Of a stretch of 64,000 bases of DNA, positions 10,901 through 21,900 are shown piece by piece. The notes beneath the pieces are model-generated. The model ran no database searches and was not told the DNA's origin. It worked only from the letters and a program-made list of their open reading frames with translations. The position numbers were made by a program, and so were the translations under genes. The stretch is from the NCBI GenBank assembly GCA_040756875.1, contig JBFLYH010000002.1, forward strand, positions 47,481 to 111,480. The letters are read 5' to 3'. The number at the start of each line of letters is the position of its first letter. The stretch's first letter is position 1. Source of the DNA: a candidate division FCPU426 bacterium. GTDB lineage: Bacteria > Oederibacteriota > JAAXVQ01 > JAUVAV01.

Positions 10901-12794
10901 CTGCGCCCATGCCCACGGGGATAAACCCCTGCAGCAACGGCACCGGCAGCGCGACGCGGCCGAACAGGCCGGGCTGGGTTTCCTGCAGCCGGGCTTCGAC
11001 CGTGCGTCGTTGGTCCAGCGGATGGAAACTGACCTCGAAGTCATCCAAGACCAGGGGTTCGGCCAGAGCTTGGGGCAGCTTGACCGCTCGGCGCAGAGGT
11101 TGCAGCACCGCGATAAATTGACGGCCGGCCAAGGGCAGCACCAACGTTTGGCCGATGGTGCGGGCTTGCTTCATATCGAATCGGATTAGCCCGCTGTCTG
11201 CGGCGTACCGGCGCAATTCGGCGTCCAGAGCAGCCGCCATTTTCCGGACCGAGCCGGTCTTGGCCCACAAACGCTGTACCGAGCCTAATTTAAGGACCAT
11301 TTCCAGCATCTGGTAGGCTTGGCGCGTTTCCTCCGGCAGGTCGTTTTCCTGCAGAATGGCTTCCGGCTCGGCATGCTGCGCAAAAAAAGGCGGCAGGGCC
11401 AACTGCATTTGGTTGCGGGCCACCAACCGCTCCCAGGGCGTCTGGCGACGGCGCAGCAGGCTGAGGTAGGGGTTGTACACCACCGCTTCGCTCATGCGCG
11501 GCCGCACGGAGATATAACCAGCGCCCGCGTCTTCCAGCGCTTCACAAATCAGCGCGGTATGATAGCCGCCGCTGATGATCACCGCCAACGGGGACCGGTG
11601 GCGTTCGAGCGCTTCCAAGGCGCGGCGCACAAAGGTGCGGCTCCGCTGATCGGCCTTCCGGTAGAATTCCAGGGCTTCCAGACGCTTTGCATCCAGCGCC
11701 GGCAGGTCGCCGGTGGGTTCCAATTGCAAGCCCGAGGCCAGGGGTTGCAAAAAATCCAAAAACCGTCCGATTGCCAACTGCTCCGGATGGGCGCGCACTT
11801 CGTTTAATTCTTCGGGCGTCAAAGCGATGTTCAGCAACCCTTCGAGCAAATCGAGGCGGTGGAGCATGCCGTCAAGTTCGGCTTGCAAAGGCTGGGTATA
11901 GAGCTCGCGGCGTAAAACCAGGTCTATGACCTGCATTTCCCGGTACAGGTTTTCGGCTTCCACCTCCGGAGGAAATTCGGCTTGTGAAGATCGTGTGTAG
12001 CAAAGCAGGTTGGGATACCCGGCCAAATCCAGCGACCCTTGTGCAAACCCCAGCAGCTGGCGGCAATACTGTTTGAGCGAAATCTGCCCGTTTTGCGTCG
12101 CGGTTTTCAAATCGTCCAGTTTCAGCAGCGGCAGCGAGTACAAGCGCGGCTTGAGGCTTTCCAGGGCTTGACGCAGATCGCACAAGAGCCCCTCGCTTTC
12201 GTCGGTTAAAAAACGGAGCGCCAGCTCGTGCGATGCGCGGTATTCGCCGTCTTCTTCCATGCCCTCCAGAATCACTTGCCCGGGATGCTGGGCCGCGAAA
12301 TATTCCGCGCCGGACAGGCGTCCGCTTCTCAGCAGCAGCTCGGCGGCCAGCTGCCTGACATGCGGATCCGGAAAACTGGAGAGCTTGGTCACATTGACCG
12401 GCAAATGAGCGCCTTCGATCAGCACCAGGCTTACGGCCCGAGTGCGCGCCAAGTGCGACAGCAGCTCGGCGATGTTTTTCTGGATGGGATAGTGACAGTG
12501 AAGGTCCTGAATATGAATGATACGCACGGGCAGACGGCGGTCGGAAACGTGGGTGGCCTGGGCCAGCTCCCGTGGAATGTCAAACCCACCGGGCTTGAAG
12601 GCGGCAGCGGCTGAAGCCGGGGCGTAGGTATCAGGCGCAAACGCCCACCCAAACAACGGATTGATCAGCGCCAGGTTCAGTATAAAGACTAAAACCCGGA
12701 TCGCGCCCGCATGCCTGGGCTCGCGCCAGACGCGCAGCCACTGTAATCGCGTTGACAAGGATTTGTCGCATCCCGGCCGCTGAAAGATATTCAT
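4959..12794 (-). CDS. Giant multi-pass membrane protein B (2,611 aa) with LysM, paralog of giant protein A
   Basis: Long ORF with AGGGGA upstream. It has an N-terminal hydrophobic stretch ending GWAF, the HIQDLHC/LIEGA/SGGYHT domain, LysM, many hydrophobic helices and a C-terminus homologous to giant A. Confidence 0.9.
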   Translation of the reverse strand: MNIFQRPGCDKSLSTRLQWLRVWREPRHAGAIRVLVFILNLALINPLFGWAFAPDTYAPASAAAAFKPGGFDIPRELAQATHVSDRRLPVRIIHIQDLHCHYPIQKNIAELLSHLARTRAVSLVLIEGAHLPVNVTKLSSFPDPHVRQLAAELLLRSGRLSGAEYFAAQHPGQVILEGMEEDGEYRASHELALRFLTDESEGLLCDLRQALESLKPRLYSLPLLKLDDLKTATQNGQISLKQYCRQLLGFAQGSLDLAGYPNLLCYTRSSQAEFPPEVEAENLYREMQVIDLVLRRELYTQPLQAELDGMLHRLDLLEGLLNIALTPEELNEVRAHPEQLAIGRFLDFLQPLASGLQLEPTGDLPALDAKRLEALEFYRKADQRSRTFVRRALEALERHRSPLAVIISGGYHTALICEALEDAGAGYISVRPRMSEAVVYNPYLSLLRRRQTPWERLVARNQMQLALPPFFAQHAEPEAILQENDLPEETRQAYQMLEMVLKLGSVQRLWAKTGSVRKMAAALDAELRRYAADSGLIRFDMKQARTIGQTLVLPLAGRQFIAVLQPLRRAVKLPQALAEPLVLDDFEVSFHPLDQRRTVEARLQETQPGLFGRVALPVPLLQGFIPVGMGAVPSFALLAGMIPFVNFNRLPLLPLWQGAAKRADLVRSKARDISLHAYFISLGALDGLASRLRRGPAPAAEAAANHPAWRRWLRRGVRIVLRVLPVLLAGSLGSLALQGIAHAAEGLYYVGKGDTLWALAKHLYPNLPAPEGVAKLAAANQLADPNKIRYHSFNPAGEPSAYGTTLKVDFDPQQTGTTPIHGQLVEIAPEPIAQTAAEPVAPQTPDPSILAPTVDPGAAAAAQPGAMTEGWQTWFSDPALQPAAGIGIWVLLAAVAAWLAWSWWRQRGTETGKRFRLAERMGQAWTRWQAQVHDRQIRLYLWGSTVAGKAAAAASGNWSTLTSRVSPLRGAVFLVAAGAVIAVGVLQPALPLSLGISPLVSWGTSAGLAGLLLIASYLNGRPAPIRAGPAPEEPSLKFLRDQIAKRRQSRFTLWPIYGELLGDIKLAVGLVPILLHLSPAPPTWAWTLGALAGVLLALGLFTFVSNYATALLRQRRLLSWYEVVGGLREEWKAQKSALVKNLKEYRLTKQQTPLAAMLAVALMILARLLDYSTVLGYTVNFNAVMLFALAGGFLVIIGLRLLKLKNKTEWLDGVVSKALRIVCAVVLIEVCKFPTSFFFVLFFGSSVLASNSTTISLRMLKKVVGVLSFAQFFLHLLEWLHRIKRKELQLNKRPARTQGPKPFRQRVRDSFGRGQPLRQILFVFMLSSMLLLSFYLSLPLPVMLAGQTVLLAFMLGQWLQMAKNPKISQQVKVIILASLLPAALVVFSMSLAFALSSVHAIWPGLLPAFVSTRVIELQAALSFLRSHLQELVIFVSFMYSLLGFSSVLKDQDKVSQVSEAAPDRLHVLQETLNRYIKNLDHYLKPDEVVDWERLRKVCQASRVILVPKKSQPTWMSSLLEGGVFSLDQEIYFRRRMFNLLSNRTVAAMIFREALIQAGLPLERVQHLVAEVTAADPQTLALIGKRILEAGNRREADVALEFELHSAAQDPGKRAEYLRQVLERRYGVRFPIRPGTYVREFNGRWDQVNEKVVVLLKYGLIPHPFLFRTSRAKLETAAKYIYQRVKMGELETVKLYREALNLTRQVPAETGLMPATEEEEVEDIIESYHAGQAGPRIVQPRTRWQRVWFPVRPLFFRPPATPLEAWQPRQPWAGMAWLWEVTFMLLTLPWQGRSGVEKTRLQTDNSPRAKVRILRRYGLEAHPLIMRHPAERIEQAAVYIQLRREGGAPLSLRLYREALLATRPAGWPLAAGLAEQQAPVESAAQRPPANTREAQAEAQALQAWQAHAAQDDPGANQPVAPSRSRLARAWRWFMLATLFDRLPEAQAPARLKQPWQLAGFFFQLPLRLWRGAVWLWIASRPVPRFDGEELPERRPEVADLLRQYQLPDPMALRLFARHTGLRLQSIQVRALESEGRRLPAFFGRYREQGENGRPTLYVPAALLRSLLNGMPADDDSLNRRWRRLAFMAKRFLLGLILEYHAHDYYQQDREWPRLEPGDWTWAQAGVPRTRLLVDLHAGEPASLAWRAAGKRVCLSVFDLLRLVDQLESESRVLLAGPTSAGQGSDAWVEALARQVEAGAEPNFTTLAGVLGNADEPWDVRTALVATAIREADQLPQTEQGWVRRDLMAALIQAQAPAVRAQVTRTEEEFVREVYVYAMPETIRRLRMQSQARLQALSALRATRPVRALCKRWQEIERALAGAETAAPGSLARLDAALGQSLWLQSGFLMQDEAVHTLPLASDLGRICLGVATGRLEWHEKSGVLLPVRQVLEVSSARQVAAEDLAIGRVPEETQSRPYQGGKPERVGAPAGGRWLFSAAVFRLSRRWPKSWQWALDQMWLARSPEAYLAAVLRGDHSPLAALLQKPDSPLGQAYLRFTLQQNEIQLQTLVRSLVRVVTNLKQPREQEEALRTFSRLVEQMPLLRGTPIGKWEPEIAESTGLALLVPELLLKPGQSGLLGALLDRVRALPIQLDLNPLEPLRRRYFRLAGQAA
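6880..7865 (-). repeat. Two-copy internal protein repeat in giant B
   Basis: KVVVLLKYGLIPHPFLFRTSRAKLETAAKYI...KLYREAL versus KVRILRRYGLEAHPLIMRHPAERIEQAAVYI...RLYREAL. Confidence 0.75.
10428..10554 (-). other. LysM domain within giant B
   Basis: YYVGKGDTLWALAKHLY...KLAAANQLADPNKIR matches the LysM pattern YxVxxGDTLxxIA...NxxxDPxxI. Confidence 0.88.
11400..12600 (-). other. Conserved N-terminal chassis domain of giant B
   Basis: IIHIQDLHCH, VLIEGA, LSGAEY, LEGME, IISGGYHT and YNPY are colinear with the same motifs in giant A. Confidence 0.85.
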
Positions 12795-12972
12795 GAACGC
12801 TCATTCCCCTTATGGCTTGACTGCCGGGCCAAGCATAGCCAAAAAGGGTTAATGGCGCGTGCGGTTTCTATTGATTCTCGATTAGAAGTGGGTTAAAGGA
12901 AAGCGGCCACAAACCAACCGGGAGGCAACACTGCCGCAGCCGGCGCTTGGGTGCAAAAAATCACTCAGGCAG

Positions 12973-15900
12973 CTAGGCCGCGCTGCCGGGCGTGCGGCGC
13001 AGGCGGCGCAGCTCGGGACGGAATTTCCGTTCGTCCAGGGTGACCGGCGCCAGCCGCAGTCTTTCCTGCAAAGCCAGCCACAGGGACCGGTACCCGGGCG
13101 CCAGGAACAGTCCGGGCACGAGCACAGGCCGTCCATCCTGCCGGAGGCCGATGCGCTCGCCCGCCAGCTCGGGCATGCGGGCCAGGCGCTCCAGCGTGTT
13201 CAGTCCGGCGTCCAGCGCTTCCGCCGGCTGCGCTTGCAGCAGTTCCACGAGCGTTTCCAACAGGCGGTATTGGGTTTCCGGCGTCGGCGCCAGCGCAAAG
13301 AACCGATAGGCCCGGCCGGCGTCCGCCTCCCGGTCCCGCAGGGCCTGCGCCAGGGGCGAAGTGTCCTCGGCCAGCAGTTCGTTCAAATACGCTTCGGGCT
13401 GCGATCGGCGCAGGCTCCGGTGAATGCGAAGGTTCAGACCCGCAGGCAGACGAACGGCCAGTTTCAGGAGGTTGCGCAGCACCGGCAGATCGGCGGCTGC
13501 CGCGTCGCCGCGCCCAAAACCACGGAGCAGCGCCGCCAGCAACAAGTCCATTCTGCCCCGTTCCTGCTGGTCCGCGCCGGCCTGGCTGACCACCACGTCC
13601 AGCCAGTATTGATAAGCGCGGTAGCGTCCGAGTTGCCAGGCATCCCGCATGGTGTTCACTTCCTCCGGCGGCCCCTGCATGAGGTTGCGCAGCAGGAATT
13701 CCGGAGCCGCGACCACGGACCGGTTCCCCCGCTCGACCAGGCCGCCCAGCCAGCGCCGGCTTACAGGCAAACTGCGGCGGTTCGCGGCGTCCAGCGCGCG
13801 CACGGGCAAAGGCTGCAGCCGCAGACGCTGCGCTCCGGCCAGGCGCAGGGTCGTGTCGTCAGGCAGTCCGTGGCGCCGCAGCAGGGCCTGCACGGCGGGG
13901 TGCGCGGCATCCACTTCCAAACCGGATTCTGCCCGCGTCCCGGCGATCAGCCAGGCCAAGCCCCGGGCCAGACCCATCCCTGCGGCCAGCAGGCTGACCG
14001 CGGCAGCCACGGGCGTCAAGCGCGCCGGGAACATCAGGCGGCGGAAGAACGAGACCAGCAGGCGGCTCCCGGCCGAAAGGCGCGGGGTCAGCGGCTGGTT
14101 GGGCGCTTCCACCCAGGCGCGTTCAGCCTGCACGGAGGCAATGGCCTCGGGAACCGGACCGGGCAATTCCCTGCCCAGCCCCAGCGGGAAGGCGTTCGGC
14201 GACACGTCGTCCTCCTGGCCTGCGGCGCGCCTGGCGGCGGAGACGGGCTGGATTGTCCCCGTGCGGCCGAACCAGCGCGATCCGTACTCAGCCAGGGACG
14301 CCCGCCAGTGGCTGCCGGTGTAACCTTCCCATATTTCGTGCCGCAGCAGCAGCGCGAGCTCAGGCAGGCTGAGGGCATTGGCTTGGGGATGCACGCGGAC
14401 CACCAGGTCCCCGCCCACGCGCTGGACCTGGCCGAGAAGCAGGCGCTGCCAAAAGCGGGGCCTGGCGTCCGGCAAGACTTCGAACCGGATGCGTTCGGGC
14501 GCAAAACCCGCGGGCAGACCGCCCTGGCGCTCCAGATAGGCCAGCAGCGATTCCCGCCGGGCCGCGAGCGCTTCGTTGGTCAGCGGAGGCAGCTTTGAAC
14601 CAAGCACGCGCCGCCGCATCAGAAGCCGCGGCAATTGTACGCCGACCAATGCCAGTCCGGAGACCGCGCCGGCCAGGCTCAGCGTGGTCAGGGCCGGGTC
14701 TTGCAGCAACGCGAAACCGAAGAACAGGCCGGCCAGGGCGGCGCCCAGGGCCTGGAGCAGGACCGCGCCGGGCGACACGGCCAGCGCGCCGGGGCGTTCG
14801 GGCTGCAGGATTTCCCGGGTGGAGAACATGTCAAACAAAGCCTGGTTGCCGAGCGGGGCGCTGACCCGGCTGGCAATGCGCAGGGTGTTTACCCAGCGGA
14901 AATCATACCGGGGCAGGCCGTCATTGGCCAGGGTCAGCAGTTCGTGCTCCAAGGCGGTCAACTGCGGCCGGCTGGCGCGCCGCATCTGGGCCGCGTTCAC
15001 GAAATCCGCCACGGAAATGGCCCGGCTCACGCCGGACAGGGCGGTGCGGCGCAACCCGCGGGGATACCCGCGGCCATTGAGCCATTCGTGGTGATTGGTG
15101 CTTTGCAGGATCTCCGGCTTGTAGCCGAACGCCGAGAGCAGCATTTCGCCCAGACGCGCATGGCTGCGGAGCAGCGACTTTTCTTCCGGACTCAGGGGAT
15201 CCAGGCGCAGGAGCAAGGCCGGCGGCAGGAGCAGCTTGCCCGCGTCGTGCAGCCAGCCGCCGCGGCGGAACAACTCGACCGCCGCCGGGCCGTACGCCGG
15301 GGCCCGGTTGACCAGCCCGTACACCGCCGCCATTTCCGCGGCCAGGTTCCCCACTTCCCACGAATGGCTGAAGGTGAAACCCTGATCATGCCGGTACAGC
15401 AGCGTGAGCAGCACCCAGTCCCAGAACGCAGGCCGCAGCCCCGCGGGCATGGCTTTCAAATCCTCGCTGTCCACTTTCCGGACCAGTTCCCGCATTTCAA
15501 CGACCATCCGCCGCACCCGATTCTGCAAGCGGCCGGACCAGTTGGCTTCCATTTCCTGCGGCGCGCGGATATCGTCGAGCGAGGCCTGGTGCTTCACCAA
15601 AATCTTTTCCACGTCCGCGATGATCTCCATGCGCCTGGGCAGGGAGACCAGGCGGCTGGCGGACACCAGTTGCTGGTAGGAGGTGCTGTCTTCGCCGGCG
15701 CGCGCGGCCAAGGGGCGCCAGGTGCGGATCCAGGCGGCCAGGGCCAGACGGATGCCCTGGAACGGACGGGCCAGGCGGTTGCGCACCTCGGAGGCCATCC
15801 AGGCTTCAATGACCGCTTCGGGATTCGAGTCCGCGTTGGGATCCACGAAGTACCGGTAGCCGTGGGGCTGGTCCTTGGCGTCGCCCAGGAACAAGCCGTC

Positions 15901-18900
15901 CTCGGGAACCAGCTGGTTTTTATTGTCCGCGATCAGGGGCTGCAGGTCGTCCTCGATGACCTCGCCGGTAAACACGCCGCGGGTGTTGAAAACCAGGCGG
16001 TTGCCCCTGACCTCGGATACCACGACGCCGCGCGTCTCCAGGGTCCGGTTGATTTCTCCCCGGTTGAAGAACATCTGCAGCGATTGCTCGCTGCTACGGC
16101 TGCGCACGGCCACCTGGATGTCCTTGGCGCCGGTCGCGACCCGCAGCCGGTCCGTCAACTCCAGGAAACGCCCGTTAAGCTGCCAGGATGCGGCCTGGCG
16201 CCGCAGATGTCCGAGCGTCAGGCGGTCTTTGAGCACCGCCAGATAATTGCGGTACGCAGGGGCGGAAACCTCGGCGTCGAACCGCTGCCGGGCCTGGTTG
16301 TACGCCGTGGTGAACGTTTCGCGTTCCTCCGGATTGCGGATGGACACGGCGGCAATGTCGCGCAGGCTGAAGCCTTGCTCGGACCGGGGCAAGGTGATGG
16401 TTTCGTTGAAATCCGCGTAAATCGTGATCGGCTGGCCGGCGTGGAGCAGCCGGAAAGCCAGCTTGAGCGCCCCGCGCCGCACCCGCCTTCCCCACTCACG
16501 CCAGTCCAGGGCCCGGTTGCCTTCCAGATTGACGAGCAGGTGGGCTGCCGACACCAGCGGCACGAACAGGCCGGCGAACAGCAGCCCGCTGGGATTCAAG
16601 CCCAGTTGCAAAGCGGCCAGCAGCACTCCGGTGAGCCCGGTGATGCGCACCAAGGGCGCGCTAAACGCCAGCCCCAACGCCGCGCGCCAGGCCAGCGGCC
16701 GGCCGGCGGCGTCCTTCGCTCCCACGGCGTGCAGAAGATGCCATGCCAGTTGGAACAGACCGAACAGCGCCCAGAAGGGCGGCCCCATGGCCAGGGGCAG
16801 GCCGAACGCCCACACCAGCAGCAGATGCGACGCCAGGGTCAGGGCGCCCACAAACCAGCCGGATTCGACGAGGGCGGGCAGGAGCGCCTGGCCGAGGAAC
16901 CGCCCCCAGCGGGGCTGGCCGCGCTGGGCCGCCCGCTGCTCCATGCGGTCGTACCACCCTTGCAGCCACGGCCAGCGTCCGCCGGCCGCCGGCGCCGGGG
17001 CGCGGACCGCGGCTTGCTCGCTGTTCAGATCCTGCGCCACCTGCTGCAACAGTTGCTGCAAGGCAAACCGTTCGTCCAGCTTGTCGAGCAATTCCTGGGG
17101 CAGCACCGCCTGGCCCGAGGCTTCCAGCAATGCCTGGTGTTGAAGCTCCAATCCGTTCTGGTCCAGGCTCATCAGCCTCAGGTAATCCGCGGCCAAACGG
17201 GCGCTGTTGTCCTCCAGATACTGTTTCTGCCTGAGCGTGTCCCAGTGTTCGATGCGTTGTTCTTCCCAGGCGCGCGTCCGGATATAGGCCCACAAGCCCG
17301 AATCCTCCTGGACCTGGTTCAGGTTGGCGTAAACCGCCGAGAGCTGCGGCGAGATCCCGGCACCCAGATCCTGCCAGCGGGCGACGCTGAGTTTGGCGGC
17401 CTGGGCCAGTTCGGCGTCCAGCTGTTTGAGCCGCCCCAGCAGTTCATTGACCCGGATCTCCTCCTCCGTGACCGGCTGGTCGCTCCGGATGCGCGCCGGC
17501 TCGCTGGGCGGACGCGGCAGGATCTGGGGCGTCAAGCCGCGCCGGTCCCGGTTCAGCAGTTGGGTGCGCGACAACAACACGACATCCTTCGGCTCCTCGG
17601 CGTCCGTGGCATGCTCAGGGCCCAGGATGGCCGGCAGCACCTCGGCCAGGCGGCCTTTCTGCCGGCTGCGCAGCGCGAGGGTCTCATCGCCCACCTGCAG
17701 GGTCTCGGGCAGCTGGACGTTGTAGCCGGCCATGCGCGCGTTTTCCACGGCCAGGGCCAGGAGGCGGCGGTGAGTGTAGTCGATGTCCGGATGGTACCTG
17801 TTGGCCGAATCCAGCCACCACCAGAAATCGGAATTCACGGCCTGCAACAGGTAATACCAGGCCAGCTGGGTGTAGTCCTGGGGATAGATCACGGGCTGGT
17901 CGCGGTACCGGGTGTCCACGCCGGCCGCGCCGAACGCTTTGATCACCGCGTCGGTCAGGGCCCAGGCTTTGCGCTGCTCGGGCGTGTTGCCCGCCCAGCG
18001 GGAGAAGGACCCCAGCCGGCTGCTGGCTCCGGTGCGGTTGACGGCCGCGCGCACCTGGCGGCCCTGCTGTTCCAGCAGCCGCGTGCGCAGGTGCTGCTGC
18101 GCCGGTAGGCTCATCTCCATGTCCTGGAAATCTTCGCCGCGATAGTCGGGGCTGGGATTGGTGCGGTTGAGCAGCGTGAAGACCTGCTTCCAGAAATAGA
18201 GCCAGCCGCCTTCCTGCCCCACCTGACGGAAGAAGGGTGCGGAGCGCTCGCCGTCGATCATAAAGGAGATTTCGAACTGGCTGGGCAGGCCCAGTTGCCG
18301 GGCTTTGTTCTCGTATTCGGGAGCGTGCTGGCGCGGTCCCCAGCCGGGCCGGGGACGCAGCAAATGATCGTAGGCCAGAATCAACGCCGCGGACAGGCCC
18401 GCGGATTTGCCGCGGGCGTCTCCCAGTTCGTCCCTGGCCACATCTTTGGCGGATTGGGGGTAAAGCGTGATTTTGTGTTGAATGCCTTCCGCTTCCCACT
18501 GGTAATAAAACCCGGCCTGGTCGTCCAAGGGCGCAATCTGCCCCTGGTGCATCTTCAACAGCTGCTGCAGAAACGTCTCGGTTACGAAGACATTCCGGAT
18601 CCCGTGGGCATGCAGACGCCGCAGGGTGTCCTCGTCCAGGCCGTCCTCGCCGGGCCAGAGCGAATAGAACGGCATGTCGAAAAAGTCTTCCATCAAGGCG
18701 GTCATGTAATCCAGGGCGAACTCCGCCATTTCCGGATGCTTGAAATCCACTGCATACTGATCGCTGCCGCCGGCGGCCTGCAGAGCACTATTCTGGTCCG
18801 TCACCACGGGATAGATGAGATGCGGCGCCGCGGCGGCCAGTTCCACCTGTCCGGTCGCGGACAACGGCAGGAGCCCCAGGGCTTCGCGCCGGGCGTCTTC

Positions 18901-21900
18901 GCGCCGCACGGCGAGCCCGAAGGAAATCTGATCGCGGTCCGCGGCCTCCACCACCGTGTTCACGGCCACCAGCCGCGCGGCCGGCGCGATCATGGACAGC
19001 ACGCGGGTCTGGTCCCGGGCAAACGCCAGGCAGACCGCCTCGTCGCGCGCCAAGGCGGGCAAATCGGTCTGGGAGGTGTACCAGTACGAAAAATTCACCG
19101 TATGGGTGACCGGTTCGCCGGCGCGGTTGAGGCCCAGCAGGACCGTGCCAGCCGGACGCAGGCTGGGATCGATCCAGGCCGCGGCCTGGCCCAACAACAG
19201 CCCCTTGACCTGGGCCTTGAACGCCAGCCCCTGCTCTTCACCGGCCAGACGCTGCTTCACATATTCCCGGAGTATGCCCGGGGCGTCGAAATAACCGGCC
19301 TGGATGAAGCGTTCAACCCGTTCCGCGGGATTCTCCACCGCCAGCAGGGCCGCCATCCCCTCCGGCATTCCGGTTTTGTATCCCTCGGCTAAAAATTGCA
19401 GGTAATCGAGCAAAAGGGTTTCGCGCAGGCGGCGGTAGGCCGGGACTTCCTGCACCAAGTTCCGTTCAACAGCGCGGTCCATTTTCAAGGCCAGGAACAG
19501 GTCGTCAGCCGTCCAGTCGGAGAACGGCTTGACGGTGAGCCGGTAGAGCGGATCCACCGCCGTAGCGCCCTCCTTGCCGCTTTCGTCCAGGAATTGCCCG
19601 ATGATCGTGGCGCGGGCAGTCTGCGCCTGTTCCTCGGTCCAGCCTTCGGCCGCGCGGCGCTCGTTTACGTCCGCCAGGGGCTCCCACAACCAGGTTTCCG
19701 CGGCCCGCACCTGGTTCCGCAGCTGGTCCACTAGTGAGGCCGAAAGGTTCACGGTCAGTTTCGCCCCGCGCAGGGCCGGATCATACATCGCGGCGAAAGT
19801 GGGATAGTAGGTCCGGAGGCCGTGGAAACGCGCCCAGGCGGATTCCGACTGGTCGCTGCCCATGGGCTGGTGGTCGTTGAAAACGATCTGTATTTTCTTG
19901 GGGCGGTTGAGCAGTTCCAGGCTTTGCTGCAACTGGCGCTCCGTGGGCGAAATGAGGGCGGCCTCGATGCGCTGGGCCAGATAATGCCGTTTGACCGGCG
20001 GCACGGCCGGAAGTTCGGGCCGCAGCCGGCTGCGGTATTGCTGCAGGAAGAAGCGCGTGGTATGCCCGATCAAGGCCAGGCCCGAAGCCAGGATCGCGGT
20101 GCCGATCAGGCGGCCCATGGTCACCACCGGCCCGCCGAAGAGCCACAAGGCGGCCGCGCCCAGCACGACGGCCAGGGGCAGCGGGCTGGCCAGAAGATTG
20201 AACGCGCGGCCGCGGAGCAGGCGCTGGATCGAAGGATACTGCAGGTACCCGGCTGATTCGAGGAACGAAAACACCGCCTGGGCCGTGGCCCGCCAGTATC
20301 CCTGCCCCGCGGCCTCGTAGATGAGGTACCGCAGGATGGCCAGCTGGAAGGAACGGTCCAGGGCGTCGAAGTGCTTGTGCACGTAGATGATCGGCTGCTG
20401 GGCCACGGTCTCGCTGCTGCCCAGGCGCAGGCCCTGGGTGAAGCGGGAGGAGAGCGATTGTTCGGGCAGGACGCGGAAGATCGGGCGGCGGTAGCCTTCC
20501 GGCAGCCGTCCGTTGCGCTCGACTTCCTCGAGCACGTCCTGCAGGCGCCGGTAGACCGAGGAATTGGTCAGCGCCGGAGTGGCGGGCCTGGCCAGCCGCG
20601 CATAATAATATAGGAAGCGCGGGCCGTAGCTGGCCAGCAGCGTGAGCAAGGTGAGGGCCAGCCAGATGCCAAAGAAGGCCCGGGTGCCGGGGCCGAAGAA
20701 CCACGCCAGGCTGGCGCCGAAGGCCAGCGTGGCCAGGACCGCGCCCAGGACCCGCAGGGGCGGGATGCCGTAGTAGCCCAGAGTCGCCCGTTCCAGCAGC
20801 GGCCGCGTCAGTGGCGTGGCGCGGCGGTATTCCTGCTGGCTGCCCAAAAGCCCGGCGGCGAAACCCATGGCCAGGTACTGCAGGCGGATCATCTCGGCCC
20901 GGTCGCCCTTGATGCGGGCGGTTTCGGTCTGCTCGGCCAGGCCGTTCAAATACCCCAGCACCTGCCGGTTGGCCGTGCCGCCCGTGGGATCGGCCAGCAG
21001 GCTGGCGAGATACCCCAGCAGGTATCCTCCCCGGTGCCGTTGATTGTAATTGTCGTCCCCCTGGGCGTTGAACAGCATGACCTGGTCGACCAGCGGGCTC
21101 TTCTCCTCCAGCAGGCGCTCGAACCCATCCACCAGGCCGTTCAGGTTGGCGGCCGGACTGCGCCCCACTTCCTCGCGCCGGTCCACGTTGTAGAACGACC
21201 ACGCAAAGGGCTCGAAGCGGCCCTGCACGCTGAGCCGCTCCAATTGCGCCGGACCCAGTTGCAGGGCCAGCGCCTGGGCCTGGCCGCGGCCTTCGGCCAG
21301 GTGGAGTTCGCGCTCCTGGTCCTGGCGGTCCAGATAATGCAAGTACTCCACCATCTCCCGGGCCACGCGTTGGGTGCTGATTGCCTCGGACTGGCCCAGG
21401 GAGGCGCGGAGCAGGCGCGCCTGCCCGCCCGGGCGCCGGAGTTCGGCGTTGGCCTGCTGGAAGGCCCGCATCAGGGCTTGCGGCGTGAAACTGCGGCGGT
21501 TGCCGTCGTCCGGGTCCGTGGTGTCGTACGGCAGCAGGAAGGAGTTGAACTGGTCCTGCGAAAACCGGGTGCCCGCGGGGAACTGCCCGGGATAGTCGGC
21601 CTCCTGGCCGCGGTACACGCAAAACTCGGGGATCGCCCCGTCCGGCGAGGCGATGACCACCGTGCCGTTGGCCAGGTCTTTCATGAAGCCCGTGGCCGAG
21701 GCTTCGCGGCCCTCGTTCGACCCCATGACCGTGCCGTCCATGCCCGCGGCCAGGGTGCGCATGTCCATGGTGTTGAAATTGGGGAAGAACAGGACGCGGT
21801 CCCTGAGCGCCGGATGGGCGTTGATCAGGTTGAGGAAAGCCTGCACCAGTTTCTGGCTGCCCTGGTCGTCTTCGTGCACCCGGCCGCCGAAAACCATGAC

